This document shows, piece by piece, positions 26,640-38,324 of a DNA stretch of 64,000 nt. Position numbers and translations under genes: made by a program. This DNA is from Octopus vulgaris (Eukaryota), in NCBI GenBank assembly GCA_951406725.2, contig OX597825.1, positions 34,968,001 to 35,032,000 on the forward strand, in the 5' to 3' direction. Position 1 is the first letter of the stretch. The number at the start of each line of letters is the position of its first letter. The notes under the pieces were generated by a model, which was not told the DNA's origin, did not search any database, and worked only from the letters and a program-made list of their open reading frames with translations.

Positions 26640-27179
26640 AATTATTTATTGGTATAATATATTAATAACTGTAAAAGGATGAAAGGTAAAGTTAACCATG
26701 GTGATATTTGAACTCAGAACATACAAGAATGGTAACAACAACAACAACAATAATAAAATAACTGTTTCAAATTTTGCACAAAGCCAGCAATTGTGTGGTT
26801 AGTAGTTGATTACATCAGCCCCAGTACTTGACTGGTACTTTATTTTAACCTCGAAAGGAGAAAAGATAAAGTTGACCTCAGAATGTAAAGAGTTGGAAAT
26901 ACTGTCACTAAGTATTTTGTCCAACATGCTAATGGTTCTGCCAGCTTGCTGCTTTAATAACAATAATAATAATAATGGTTTCAAATTTTGGCACAAGGCC
27001 AGTAGTTTTGGAGGAGAGAGTAAGTTGATTACATCAACCCCAATCTCAACTGATACTTATTTTATGGACCCTGAAATGGGGGAAAGGTGAAGTTGACCCC
27101 AGCGGAATTTGAACACAGAACATAAAGATGGACAAAAGGCTGCTAAGTTTGTCGTCGTCGTCAACAACAACAACAACAG

Positions 27180-27210
<31 letters not shown>

Positions 27211-27424
27211 TTCAAATATTTGCCACAAAGGTAGTTTAGGGGAGGTGGGATGAGTTGATTACATCAACCCCACTGTTAAACTGGTACATATTTTATTGAC
27301 CCTAAAAGGACGAAAGGCAAAGTTGACTTCAGCAGAATTTGAACTGAGAACATAGCAATGGGCGAAATACCACAGAGCACTTTGTCCAGTATGCTAACAA
27401 TTCCGCCAGCTCACCACCTTAGTA

Positions 27425-27465
<41 letters not shown>

Positions 27466-28595
27466 CCTTTCTACTATAGGCACAAGGCCTGAAATTTGTG
27501 GGGAAGGGACTAGCCAATTACATCAACCTCAGTACTTAACTGGTACTTAATTTCTTGACCTTGAAAGAAAGAAAGGCAAAGTTGACCTTGGAGGCATTTG
27601 AACCCAGAAGTATTTTGCCTGGTGTGCAAATGATTCTGCCAGCTCGCCACCTTAATAAGGATAATAATGATAAATGCCCTGATGCAATACCAGGTACTGG
27701 CTCTCAGGGCTTCTCATCTTAACTGATTGGAGCTGTTATCATGTACATGTTTTGTCTTGGAATAAAAGAAGGGCTACAGCAAATATTCTACTCACTACTA
27801 CTGATTTGCTTGTCAGTTGCTTGACCATAACCATTTGAGCATGTCCCTAAATGGCTGATGATATGTGCATCTCTGGTCATGAGCAGAAGTAGTGGGGAAG
27901 TATCAAAGCCATGTGTTGAGAGGAATTCTTTGGGGTTTGGATAATTCACCTCAGGAAACATGGGTGTTTTGTTCATCATCCTTAAACAACCCTTTTTCAG
28001 GGAACTTTTGAGCAGGATGTGCTACTTGACCTGAAGAAAATTCTAAGTGGGCCACACATGCAAGGTCATGTGCTGTTTATATTGATATGAGATCACCATG
28101 TTGTATACATATGGTGGTGATACATTTGCCTGGTGTACCCTTACCAGACGGGTAGTCATAATGGATATATTGGGTTTCTTATATTTGTACCCCAGTGTCA
28201 CTTTAATGGCATGCACTGCTCTCTCACTCAACAACGACAACAACAACAACAACAACAGCAGCAGCAGCAACAAGAACAACAATCCTTTCTACTATAGGCA
28301 AACAGCCTGAATTTTTGGGAAGGGAATAGTTGTTTTTATCAACCCCTGCAAAGCATTTTGGTGTGCTAATAATTCTGCCAATTTAATGCTTTCATAATAA
28401 TAATAATAATAATAATAGTTTCAGATTTTAGCACAAGGCCAACAAGTTTGGAGTAATGGCTAGTCAATTACATCAACCCCAGTACTCAAGTGGTACTTAT
28501 TTTATTGACTCTGAAAGGATGACGAGCAAAGTTGACCTTGGCAAAATTTGAACTCAGAATGTAAAGATGGACAAAATGCTGTTAAGAATAGAAAT
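26640..28595 (-). mobile_element. Cluster of head-to-tail SINE family B copies separated by (AAT)n/(AAC)n
   Basis: About seven same-orientation full or partial copies of the GGTGAGCTGGC...GAGTTCAAATT...GGCCTTGTGCC unit; isolated copies at 40000-40212 and 53407-53620. Confidence 0.8.
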
Positions 28596-28607
28596 ATTAT
28601 CACTTAC

Positions 28608-28783
28608 CAGTCTACGTAACACTAGTAAAGTAATGCAAATGACACCACAAATTGTGAAAAGTGTAACACTGGATGCTAAGTTATTGTTGGTCACCAAGAA
28701 GGATTCACCTTTGATAGTGTAGTACATACTACATATAACCCAGGGAAGTCCAAGTCCTAGGAAGACATTCACGCTGTTGCTGC
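28608..28783 (-). CDS. NCX: Na+/Ca2+ exchanger exon (end of alpha-2 repeat plus TM helix)
   Basis: tttacag|GC AGC AAC...CTG|gtaagt; (G)SNSVNVFLGLGLPWVICSMYYTIKGESFLVTNNNLASSVTLFTICGVICITLLVLRRL; 176 nt, phase 1 to 0. Confidence 0.95.
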
Positions 28784-28895
28784 CTGTAAACAATAAACAG
28801 AGAAGATACAATATACTGATGTGGATGTAAGCATGTGAATATGTGTGAGCATGCATGTGTGGCTGAGTGTGTGTGTGTGCATGTGTGTGTGTTTA

Positions 28896-28943
<48 letters not shown>

Positions 28944-28946
<3 letters not shown>

Positions 28947-29047
28947 GGTGTCCCAGAAGTAATGCATCATCCTAATTTTTTTTAAAAATACACCTTATTG
29001 TGTCAATTATTTTAAATGAAAATGAGAATGCTGCATGACTTATGGGA

Positions 29048-29053
<6 letters not shown>
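28944..29053. mobile_element. Tc1/mariner-type MITE (about 110 bp)
   Basis: TA-CAGGGTGTCCCAGAAGTAATGCA...TGCATGACTTATGGGACTCTCT imperfect TIRs, inserted in (TA)n. Confidence 0.6.
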
Positions 29054-29091
<38 letters not shown>

Positions 29092-29092
<1 letters not shown>

Positions 29093-29497
29093 AAATTAGA
29101 AAAAAACCACCTTTTGTCAATTCAAAATGAACAATTAAATTACACCATCCAGAAAATTACACATATTAGAAATATTAAAATTAAAATAACAATAAAATGT
29201 CAATGATTAAGTAAATTGCAAACAAATAATAAAAACATATATAATTATATACGTTTTTATTATTTTTTTTTGCAATTTACTTAATCATTGACATTTTATT
29301 GTTATTTTAATTTTAATATTTCTAATATATGTAATTTTCTAGATGGTGTAATTTAATTGTTCATTCTGAATTGACAAAGTGTGTTTTTTTTCCTAATTTT
29401 TCGTATATATATTATATTGTGTGAAATTTGATTTAGTATTTCTAAATTGAATTTTTTTTCCCTGTAAGTTTGGATTTATATTCCCTCAAATAATAAA
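29092..29497 (+). mobile_element. Foldback element (arms about 153 bp, no spacer, plus tail) in (TA)n
   Basis: Arms 29092-29244 and 29245-29400 centred on ATATAATTATAT; unpaired tail 29401-29497. Confidence 0.75.
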
Positions 29498-29507
29498 TAT
29501 ATATATA

Positions 29508-30979
29508 CAGTGGCGGAGGAATAAATATTTGTACATGTCAAAATTCTTTATTTATTTAATTTCTAATGATCATAAATGGGATACACCAATACTATATTTG
29601 CATACACATGCACAATCTAAGAATATGCAAAAGAAACTAATAAATTATAGTAACTAATGAATTTATTTACAATTATAAATATTTAGGGGTGAAAAAAGTA
29701 TTCGTACAGAATAAATTTATGATTTTTCACAAAATACTGTTAAAATAATTTTTTTTTACTAGAACTCTCTCACTTGTTCCAATAATCCTATCAGTTGTCA
29801 TTTTTAAGTGTCAAAACGCTAGCTTCTTCATTCAGCACTGAGACAACATAAAGTAGTATCGTAATAATGGCAAAAAGTAAAGAACTCACAAATTCTGTGA
29901 AAAACTTAATTATTGAACAGTGGAAAGCAGGTAAAAGTTTCAGGAAAATATCAGAGACCCTTTGTATTCCATTTTCTACCATATCTTCATTTATTCAAAG
30001 ATATAAAAAATCGGGAACTGTTGAAAACAGAATAAGATCCGGTGTACCACGCAAGATTTCCCCTAGATCTGAAGTCATGCTCTCGTAGAAAAACTTCACT
30101 GTTGACTAAAAGGCATAGAGATGCCCGTTTAAAATTTGTTTATGAACATAAAGATAAATCTGATACATTCAGGGAAAATGTTCTATGGACAGACGAAACA
30201 AAAATTGAATTGTTTGGACGAAATTCACATAGCTATGTTTGGAGGAAAGATGGTACCGCCTATTCACTGAAAAACACAATTCCTACCGTAAAATTTGGAG
30301 GTGGCAACATCATGGTGTGGAGGTGTTTTTCTGCAAATGGTACTGGCAATTTACATGTGATAGATGGTAGAATGGATGCAGAGATGTACCAAAATATTTT
30401 GAACAATAATTTATGGGACTCTAGAAAAACTCCAGCTTTGTGAAGGGTGGGTTTTACAACAGGATAACGACCCTAAGCACATGGCGAAGTCTACCAAAAA
30501 ATGGATTGTCGATCACAATATAAAATTATTAGAATGGCCAAGCCAGTCACCTGACTTGAACCCCATTGAAAATTTGTGGTGTTATTTGAAAATTGAAATT
30601 CATTCAAGAGTCCCAATGTGCATTGCAGATTTGAAGAAAATTTGTCAAGAAGAATGGGAAAAAATTCCTAAAGAAACATGCAAGTCATTGATTAAGAACT
30701 ACAAGAAGAGATTGGTTGAAGTGTAACTGAATAATGGTTATGCTACGAAGTATTAAATCAGAATTATCAGTTATTTATGTTCTGCATAAATACATTTTTC
30801 ACTCCTAAATATTTATAATTGAATATAAATTCCTTAGTTACTATAATTTATTAGTTTCTCTTGCATATTCTTAGTTTATGCATGTGTATGCAAATATAGT
30901 ATTGGTATATTTATGTTCATTAGAAATTAAATAAATAAATAATTTTGACATGTACGAATATTTATTCCCCCCCCCACTG
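29508..30979 (+). mobile_element. Tc1 DNA transposon (DD34E), defective, both TIRs present
   Basis: TA-CAGTGG...CCACTG-TA; TIRs about 200 bp; transposase 29867-30756 with [23 protein letters not shown] and QQDNDPKH...[15 protein letters not shown]; deletion/frameshift near 30070 and stops. Confidence 0.93.
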
Positions 30980-32673
30980 TATTTAGGTATAAGAAAGATT
31001 GAGTGGTTAAGAAGTGTACCCACCAATCATATGGTTTTGGGTTCAATTCCTCTGCATGACTTCTCGGGCAAGTGCCTTCAACTAGATGGGGAGAAGGGGC
31101 AGGAGAAATGGTGGTGAGTGAAATGTGTAATTTCTTTTTCTCCATTACTTAGCCCATCTCTAATGCTTTCACATGATTTATTGAAGGGAAATGCAAAGAG
31201 CGAAAGAAAGAGGAGAGCAAAAAAGAGGGTAAGGTGAAGAGTGAGAGAAAGAGGGAGAGTGCTGTGTATTAAGTCTAAGTCTATAAAAATTGTGCATAAA
31301 GTATATAAAGTGTATATATAAAGTGCATTAAGCAATTATTGTATTCCAATTTCTTTCACTTTCCAATGATTAGCAGATAAGTGACTATCTTTCCATACAG
31401 ACACAACACAGGCTATGCTTTCAGGTTTTTTGGATAAAGTTTTCAGAAATAACCCAATTGGTTTCCCATTAATTCCATGCAATATTTACGGGACTCACTA
31501 GTTTTCAATTTTCTACAAAACTATGTCCGACTATGGGGAAGCGATACCTAACTTGGAAACAGGGTGATAAGATGAGCATCCTGCTATTGATAATTTCCCT
31601 AAATAAACTCCATCTGATTCATTCAAACACGGTAGGTAGCATTAAAATAATGATGATGATGATATATATATATATGTATGTTTGTATGTATGTTATACAA
31701 ATATGGTACATTAGCAAATCAACAAGTAAAGCACATATTGAAGTAAAATATATAGATGTTGAATTTAATGAAATTTGTCTTGACAAATGCACATCCATTT
31801 CACTCTACTAGTATTTATTTATCCTTATGACAACTGTACAGTACATCACCTAGTCTATTTTATCTGTTGATTTCACATGTTCCTACAGCACACAGAGAAT
31901 ATATTGTCTTTACCACAAATAAAGAGTGGCATTCCACTATATTCCACTGTTTTGCCACTGATAGTTTGGTAATGTATTTAATTAAAACACTGACTTTTGC
32001 ACTTCTACCAACATCCAACTGTACATTCACCTGTTATTTCCAGGATGGTGCTTTTTTTGTTGTTGTTGCTTTGCCTCAGGTAAACCCTAACTCAAATAGA
32101 CTTATGATAAAAAATAGTCTATTTATTACCATTCTAGTCCTTCAGTCAGATGTAATATAGTTAGAACTACATCATCCAGTAAGTTTTTCTTTTATTAAGA
32201 CAACATGACTGTAAGGAGATTTGATTCTAAGTTCCTGCAGATTGAATGACCATTGCTGCCCATGTTGTCTTCATTGTTGGCTCATACTGCATGTGGATCA
32301 GAAGGATGATATACAATATTTTTCTCTAACAGGGTATGCTACATGTTTCTGATAAATTGGACACAATTGTCAATCATATCTAACTCTCCCTCAAAACTAC
32401 ACCCTACCATCTTAAAAAAGGGAAGGACATTTGAAAATGTTGTTTCACATTTGGAAAAAAAAAATTGGAATATATTTGATCTGATGTGTGCTTAATCAGA
32501 GCTGATTTGAGACTAACCAACAACAGATGGAATATAAACTTGTTTCATTTTGTCTGAGAGAAAAATCTGGAGAGCAAACAAGAAAGACCAATATTTGTTA
32601 GCACTAACCTGTTGAAAATTCTTGATCTAGATTTAATGTAACCTAGATCAAAACTAATATCAAGATATCTTAC

Positions 32674-32827
32674 CTGTGATATTTCCTATAGCTGCATCTG
32701 CGTTACTGTCATGTTTGGCAGCTGTGCGACTGGCAAATGTATCAGGAAGGCTGGTTCCTAAAGCAATTATGGTAATTCCAGTCACACTTTGTTTCAAACC
32801 AACCACACAGCCAAGAAGATTTCCAAG
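32674..32827 (-). CDS. NCX: Na+/Ca2+ exchanger exon (alpha-2 repeat)
   Basis: aaacag|CTT GGA...ATC ACA G|gtaaga; [51 protein letters not shown](G); GTSxPD signature; 154 nt, phase 0 to 1. Confidence 0.96.
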
Positions 32828-33008
32828 CTGTTTTTGATAAAAGATCACAAATAATACATTAGTATTTTATAGACATTATAGGCTCTTTCTATTTCAAATT
32901 GTTTGCTTAGTAGTTAATTCACTTGTAATTAATGTATATTTATATTTTATTTGAATTTAAATATCTTCTACTTCTGAGAAATCAAATGAAAAAAGTCTTT
33001 TAAATTAC

Positions 33009-33084
33009 CTGTTCAACAAAAGCAGTAAGAACACCAATTGCTGTGAGAGAACTGATGAAGGTTACCCAGCCATTACAGTAACTC
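33009..33084 (-). CDS. NCX: Na+/Ca2+ exchanger exon (TM helix before alpha-2)
   Basis: tctgtag|G AGT TAC...GAA CAG|gtaatt; (T)SYCNGWVTFISSLTAIGVLTAFVEQ; 76 nt, phase 2 to 0. Confidence 0.93.
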
Positions 33085-33278
33085 CTACAGATAAAAAAAA
33101 AATACCAGTCATACATACAATAGAAACATCATTTACTTAATACTATTTAGTAAAATAGCTTATTTTCATACAGGCCAATCACTGGCTTACTGAATTTCTG
33201 AGGTGGGAATGACAATACAATGCAGAACAAATATCCCAAGGATTTTTATTCAAAAAGTACTGGGTGTGTTTTCTCACC

Positions 33279-33402
33279 TATGTATGTATGTATGTATGTA
33301 TGTATGTATGTATGTATGTATGTATGTATGTATGTATGTATGTATGTATGTATGTATGCATGCATGCATGCATGTATGTGTGTGTGTATATATATATATA
33401 TG
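33279..33402. repeat. (TATG)n microsatellite
   Basis: Perfect TATG run followed by CATG/TG/TA repeats. Confidence 0.95.
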
Positions 33403-33404
33403 TA

Positions 33405-34427
33405 AACTATAAAAATCAGGAGTTGTGAGAAGTGAATAAATGTAAATGTCTGGTGTATCAAGAAGTACTGTTTTGAAAGTAATGACAGCCTTTGAGAAAG
33501 AGGGAAAAACCTCCTTGTCAAAACAAAACTCCAGAAGAAAACCAAAACTTTCAGATAGGGACAGTTGGACTCTTGCGTGAATTGTTAGAAAGGATCACAA
33601 AAATACAGCTCTCAAAACTACTGCAGAGCTTAATGACTACAAAAGCTGTTTGCCGGGAGCTACACAAAGCTGGATTTCATAGGAGGGTTGCAATCAGAAA
33701 ACCACTATTTTCAAAAACAAACGTTGCAAAGCGTTTAGAGTGGAGTAAAAACCTACAGAATTGGTCCCTAGAGCAGTTGAGGAATGTTATTTTCTTTGAC
33801 GAGTCATCCTTTAACTTATTTCTGACCACCAGCTAAGTATATATGTGGAGACAGCCAAAAGAAACATTTGACCCAGACTGCCTTCTTCCAACTGTTAAAC
33901 ATAGAGGAGGATCTGTAATGATCTGGGAGACTATATCTTGGAAATCCACTGGTCCAATGGTTTCCCTTCATGGCAGAATTAATAGTGAAGACTATTTAAG
34001 CATTTTATCTGATCAAATTCATCCTATGGTTGTGGAACTGTTTCCAGAAGGAAATGCAATTGTTCAGGATGATAATGCACCAATTCACACAGCTAATGTT
34101 GTTACTAAATGGCACAAGGAACATTCTTGTGAAGTTGAACATCTTATCTGGCCACCAAGTCCTCAGATCTCAATATTATTGAACATTTATGGTGCATTTT
34201 AGAAAAATAGGTAAGGAGCCGATATCCTTCACCATCATCACTACAAGACCTGGAGACTGTTTTAGCTGAAGAATGGACAAAAATTCCTTTGGAAACAATT
34301 CAAACTTTGTATGAGTCCATACCTCATAGAATTCAAGCTGTAATTATTGCCAAAGGTGGTCCTACCCAATATTAAAATAAATTTGTTTGAAATTTTAAGG
34401 TGTTTCCATTATTTCATCCAACCCCTG
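33405..34427 (+). mobile_element. Tc1-family transposon, 5'-truncated and defective
   Basis: RELHKAGF..RVAIRKP...VIFFDESSF...PTVKH.GGSVMIW...QDDNAPIH...DLNIIEHLW with a stop and a frameshift; right end TCCAACCCCTG-TA at 34427. Confidence 0.9.
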
Positions 34428-34541
34428 TATATTCCTGCCTGGTTAGTTTAAGTACGTTAAATATTTACATTAACTATTTCAATATATTTGACTATTTTCA
34501 AGAGTTAAATTTCTGAAATACTGTCAGTACTGAATACTTAC

Positions 34542-34661
34542 GTTGGTGGTAGTAGAGCAATGATCACTTTCCAGAAGAAGGTTAAGAAATGTAAAATGTA
34601 GTCATACCACATTAATTCTGCTTTTGTGGCCATATCGACATCTCCACCAACTTCCATTGCA
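34542..34661 (-). CDS. NCX: Na+/Ca2+ exchanger exon (end of the large cytosolic loop)
   Basis: ctttcag|T GCA ATG...CCA CCA AC|gtaagt; AMEVGGDVDMATKAELMWYDYILHFLTFFWKVIIALLPP, matching the NCX DYxxHFLTxFWK motif; 120 nt, phase 2 to 2. Confidence 0.95.
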
Positions 34662-35138
34662 CTGAAAGCAAATAAAATTAAAAGAAAATTATAAGCATTA
34701 AAATTTATGAGTAACAGAGGCATTTTGTCTTGTGCCCCATTGAATTTTTTAAAATTGTTTTATTATCTTTTGTTTCAGTCATTGAAGGGTTTATTTGAAC
34801 AAATTGGCTTCCATATTTATAAAGGCATTTCCTTCTTAAGCCTGGTTCTTCTTCTATTGGTCTGTTTGCCAAACTGGTAAGTTATGGGATGTAATTTATG
34901 GGGATGTACATTATGGGATGTAAATAAACCAGCACCAGTTGTCAAACAGTGGTGGGGAACTAACAAACACAAATACACACACACACAATGGACTTTCAGT
35001 TGCTGTTTACCAAATTCATTCACATGGCTTTGGTTGGCCTGGGGTTAAAATAGAAGAGTTTTGCCCAAGGTGACTCACAGGGGACTGAACCCCAAACCAT
35101 GTGACTGGAAAGCAAACTACTTACCATAAAGCCATGCC

Positions 35139-35280
35139 CATTATTTACATTATTTACATTTGACGGATATTTGTCCTCATCTTGTTTGTTGTTAACAACA
35201 AACAGGATGAGGACAAATATCCGTCAAATGTAAATAATGTAAATAATCTACATAATTCCTCATCTCTTAAATATAGAAAT
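35139..35280 (+). mobile_element. Collapsed foldback element with 13-bp target-site duplication
   Basis: 54-bp arms 35140-35193 and 35194-35247 (one mismatch) centred on GTTAAC; tail 35248-35280; ATAAAGCCATGCC at 35126-35138 and 35281-35293. Confidence 0.85.
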
Positions 35281-35740
35281 ATAAAGCCATGCCTACTGAA
35301 AATTTTCTATTGAGCACATTTTTTTTACCTAATAATTAAGCCTTTTGACTGTTTTAAATTCAATTGCTCTCAGAAGTGAGGAAGAGAGATAAAGTATTGT
35401 TGTTGCTTTGGTTGCTTACAATCAAACAACTACACTGCTTTAGACAGAGGGACTTCTCTTTAGACTGAAGGAATTCTCTGAACACTTCTGTACCAAATAG
35501 CAGAGGCAAGCACCAATTGCTTTGTTTTCCTGTATAACTATATGTACATTTGTACAACATTCAATGTTTGTAACATAAGAGCAGGTGTGACTGTGAGGCA
35601 AGAACTACATGGTTATGAGTTCTGTCCTATTGTGTGGCACCTTGGACAAGTGTCTTCTACTATAGCCTTGGGTTGACCAAAGACTTGTGAGTAGATTTGG
35701 TAGACAGAAACTAAAAGAGGCCTGTGGTATATGTATGTGC

Positions 35741-35776
<36 letters not shown>

Positions 35777-35777
<1 letters not shown>

Positions 35778-36063
35778 GAGGCGCAATGGCCCAGTGGTTA
35801 GGGCAATCGGACTCATGGTCAGAGGATCATGGTTTCAATTCCCAGACCGGGCACGGTGTGTGTTTATTGAGCAAAAACACTTAAAAGCTCTGGGGGTGGT
35901 GGCAACTCCTGTTGTACTCTTTCGCCCCAACTTTCTCTCTTCCTGTTTCTTGAGTAACGCTGTGATGGACTGGTATCCTATCCAGCTGGGGGGGACACAT
36001 ACGCCACAGAAACTGGGAAACCGGGCCCATGAGCCTGGCTAGGCTTGAAAAGAGCGACGTTTA
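35777..36063 (+). mobile_element. tRNA-derived SINE family C (second copy 55281-55590)
   Basis: GGAGGCGCAATGGCCCAGTGGTTAGGGCA...GGTTTCAATTCCC head; body and GGAAACCGGGCCCATGAGCCTGGCTA tail shared by both copies. Confidence 0.8.
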
Positions 36064-36065
36064 TC

Positions 36066-36102
<37 letters not shown>

Positions 36103-38324
36103 TTATAAGATCCAGGGATTGAGGTGTGGGAAGAAAGTTAGCCTCAAGCAATCTGTAATATATATAAAAAAACAACTTTCAGGGACAATAGTGACTTATT
36201 GAGATGGAAGGTTGTGGATTCTTTTCATGTTGAAGTACGATAAACTGAAAAAAGTTCTTTTTATATTTCACGGTAGGCAACCAAGGTTGCTGAGTATGTG
36301 AATAAGAATACAAGAGTTAAGGAATAGAGTAGATAAGATCCAGGCTACATATGTTTCATAGTGAGTGGAACCTTGGAAATGGTAAATATCAAAGCGAGGC
36401 GTACATTGTAGGCTACTCTTCATGCCAAGGATATCTTGATTAAATGAAAGTTTACATGTTAACACATGGAAGATTCAATAAATGTGTGCGTGTGTGTATG
36501 TGTGTTTTGGCTCCCTGCTACACCTGAAAACCGGTGTTGGTGTATTTATGTCTCCATAACTCAGCAGTTAGGCAAAAGAGACTGATAGAACAGTTACCAG
36601 GCTTTACAAAAAATAGAGTAGTAGGGATGCTGTTGTGACACATCTTGGGCATTTTTAAACCTGGTAAGGCCCATCCCTCTCCAGGTCTGATTACAGCTGA
36701 TTTCTTTCAGAAGAAAGAAAGAATGAGAGAAAGAGATGAATTTACTCTGGTGCTGACCTGGTGCTTTAGTTATTGATCACAAAAGGATAACAGGTAAAAA
36801 TTTACCTCAGTAGGGTTTGAACTCAGCACAGAGCCAGAATGAATATTGCAATGCAATATACCTAATACTCTGCTAGTTGGCTTCCTTGTGGTAGAGTACA
36901 AAGATGAAATAAAAATCAACATTGTAACAGAATCAAGTTGTTACATGATACTAAGAGATATAATAATATTACTAATGTTGCAGATATTCAGAATATTTTA
37001 TATTCTTCTGAACTATGTTGTTGAATCCTAGGTCAATCTTGATCCAATAAGCTTATGGTCAAAGGCATTCCAAGTTTAACCATATTGGCTTCAGGCATAG
37101 TTAATCACAGACAACATTACTTAATGTGTCCTTTTTAAAAAGATTGTAGAGTGTGATTCAAGAAAACATTGCATGCTATTTTGAGCGATGTTAAAGATTA
37201 TGCCTCAAAGTATGTCACTGTTACCAATGGTGCAAGATAAAGTGACCATTATGTTTCATGGTGAAAACGATATTTGATTAGACAACTGACTTAAAACATA
37301 CTAAAACTTCCAATATATGCTACTGAGGAGTATTAAATTAAAATAGTCATCTATGTATCATAATAAATGTATAAACATTTGTAGGTCAATTGCCACAGTA
37401 TTTGTCCATTCAGGATCAATACTGCAGTATTAGACAAAATATCTGTGATGCTTAGTTATGGTTTCCCTGCATTCAAATCTCAGTTATAAAATTTACCTTT
37501 CATTATCCCAGAATTGATAAGATAAAATATATCAAACACTGGACTCAATTTAACCCTTTTGTTACCATATTTCTATTAAAATGATCTTTTGTTTCATTTA
37601 ATTTTGAAAATTACAAAGAATTTAGTAAAATAACTATTATTAATCTGGTGTTTGGAACATAAATTAACATGAAGTTTCACAGAGAGGTTTTAATTTAAAT
37701 CATTTTGAAACAAAAACTTTATAGCAAAGGGTCAAGAGTGGTCTCAGGTGGGCTGGTATCAAAAGAGTGAGTATTCATATGAAGCAAGCATAGCATGAAT
37801 GAGTTAAGATTCTTTTATGAAAGTTTTATCAATTTTCTCTTAATAATGTTTGTTGAATTAGTATGTAATAGCTTGTATTTGTGCATTATCAGCAGTTACT
37901 CTTTTTTATTTGAAGTGAAAAGGATTAAGATATTATTTTTGATGCAATGGGAATTATAATAGGTTACAAGTCTGGTATCAAAATGTTGGATAACCTAATT
38001 ATATTAGAGCGATTGAGGAAACTGGCAAATTTGCGCTGATGGAGGAAAAATTCAGAAACACATCTATAGCTGATTAAAAGTGTTTAATTAATTCTTTGAT
38101 AAACTTTGAAAATCAAATATCTTTCTTCTTTTGAGAATATTGTAATTAGAATTAATTACAATGTTCTCTCTGTGGTAAGAAGCTTATGTCTCAACCACAT
38201 GCTTCTGGGGTCAGTCCTACTGTGTGGAACCTTGGGTAAGTGTCTTCTACTACAGCCTTGGGCCGAACAAAGCCTTGTGAGTGGATTTGGTAGACAGAAA
38301 CTAAAATAAGCCCATTGTATATGT

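Noticed and set aside
26640-28595. CRISPR-like repeat-spacer array
   Set aside because: Units are diverged SINEs of about 200 bp separated by microsatellites in eukaryotic intronic DNA; no cas genes
29508-30979. Active Tc1 transposase
   Set aside because: Internal deletion/frameshift near 30070 and premature stops at 30441 and 30724
35777-35850. tRNA genes (also at 55281, about 60625-60699 and the SINE A heads)
   Set aside because: A/B boxes are present, but each continues into a shared SINE body and I see no complete cloverleaf; these are tRNA-derived SINE heads
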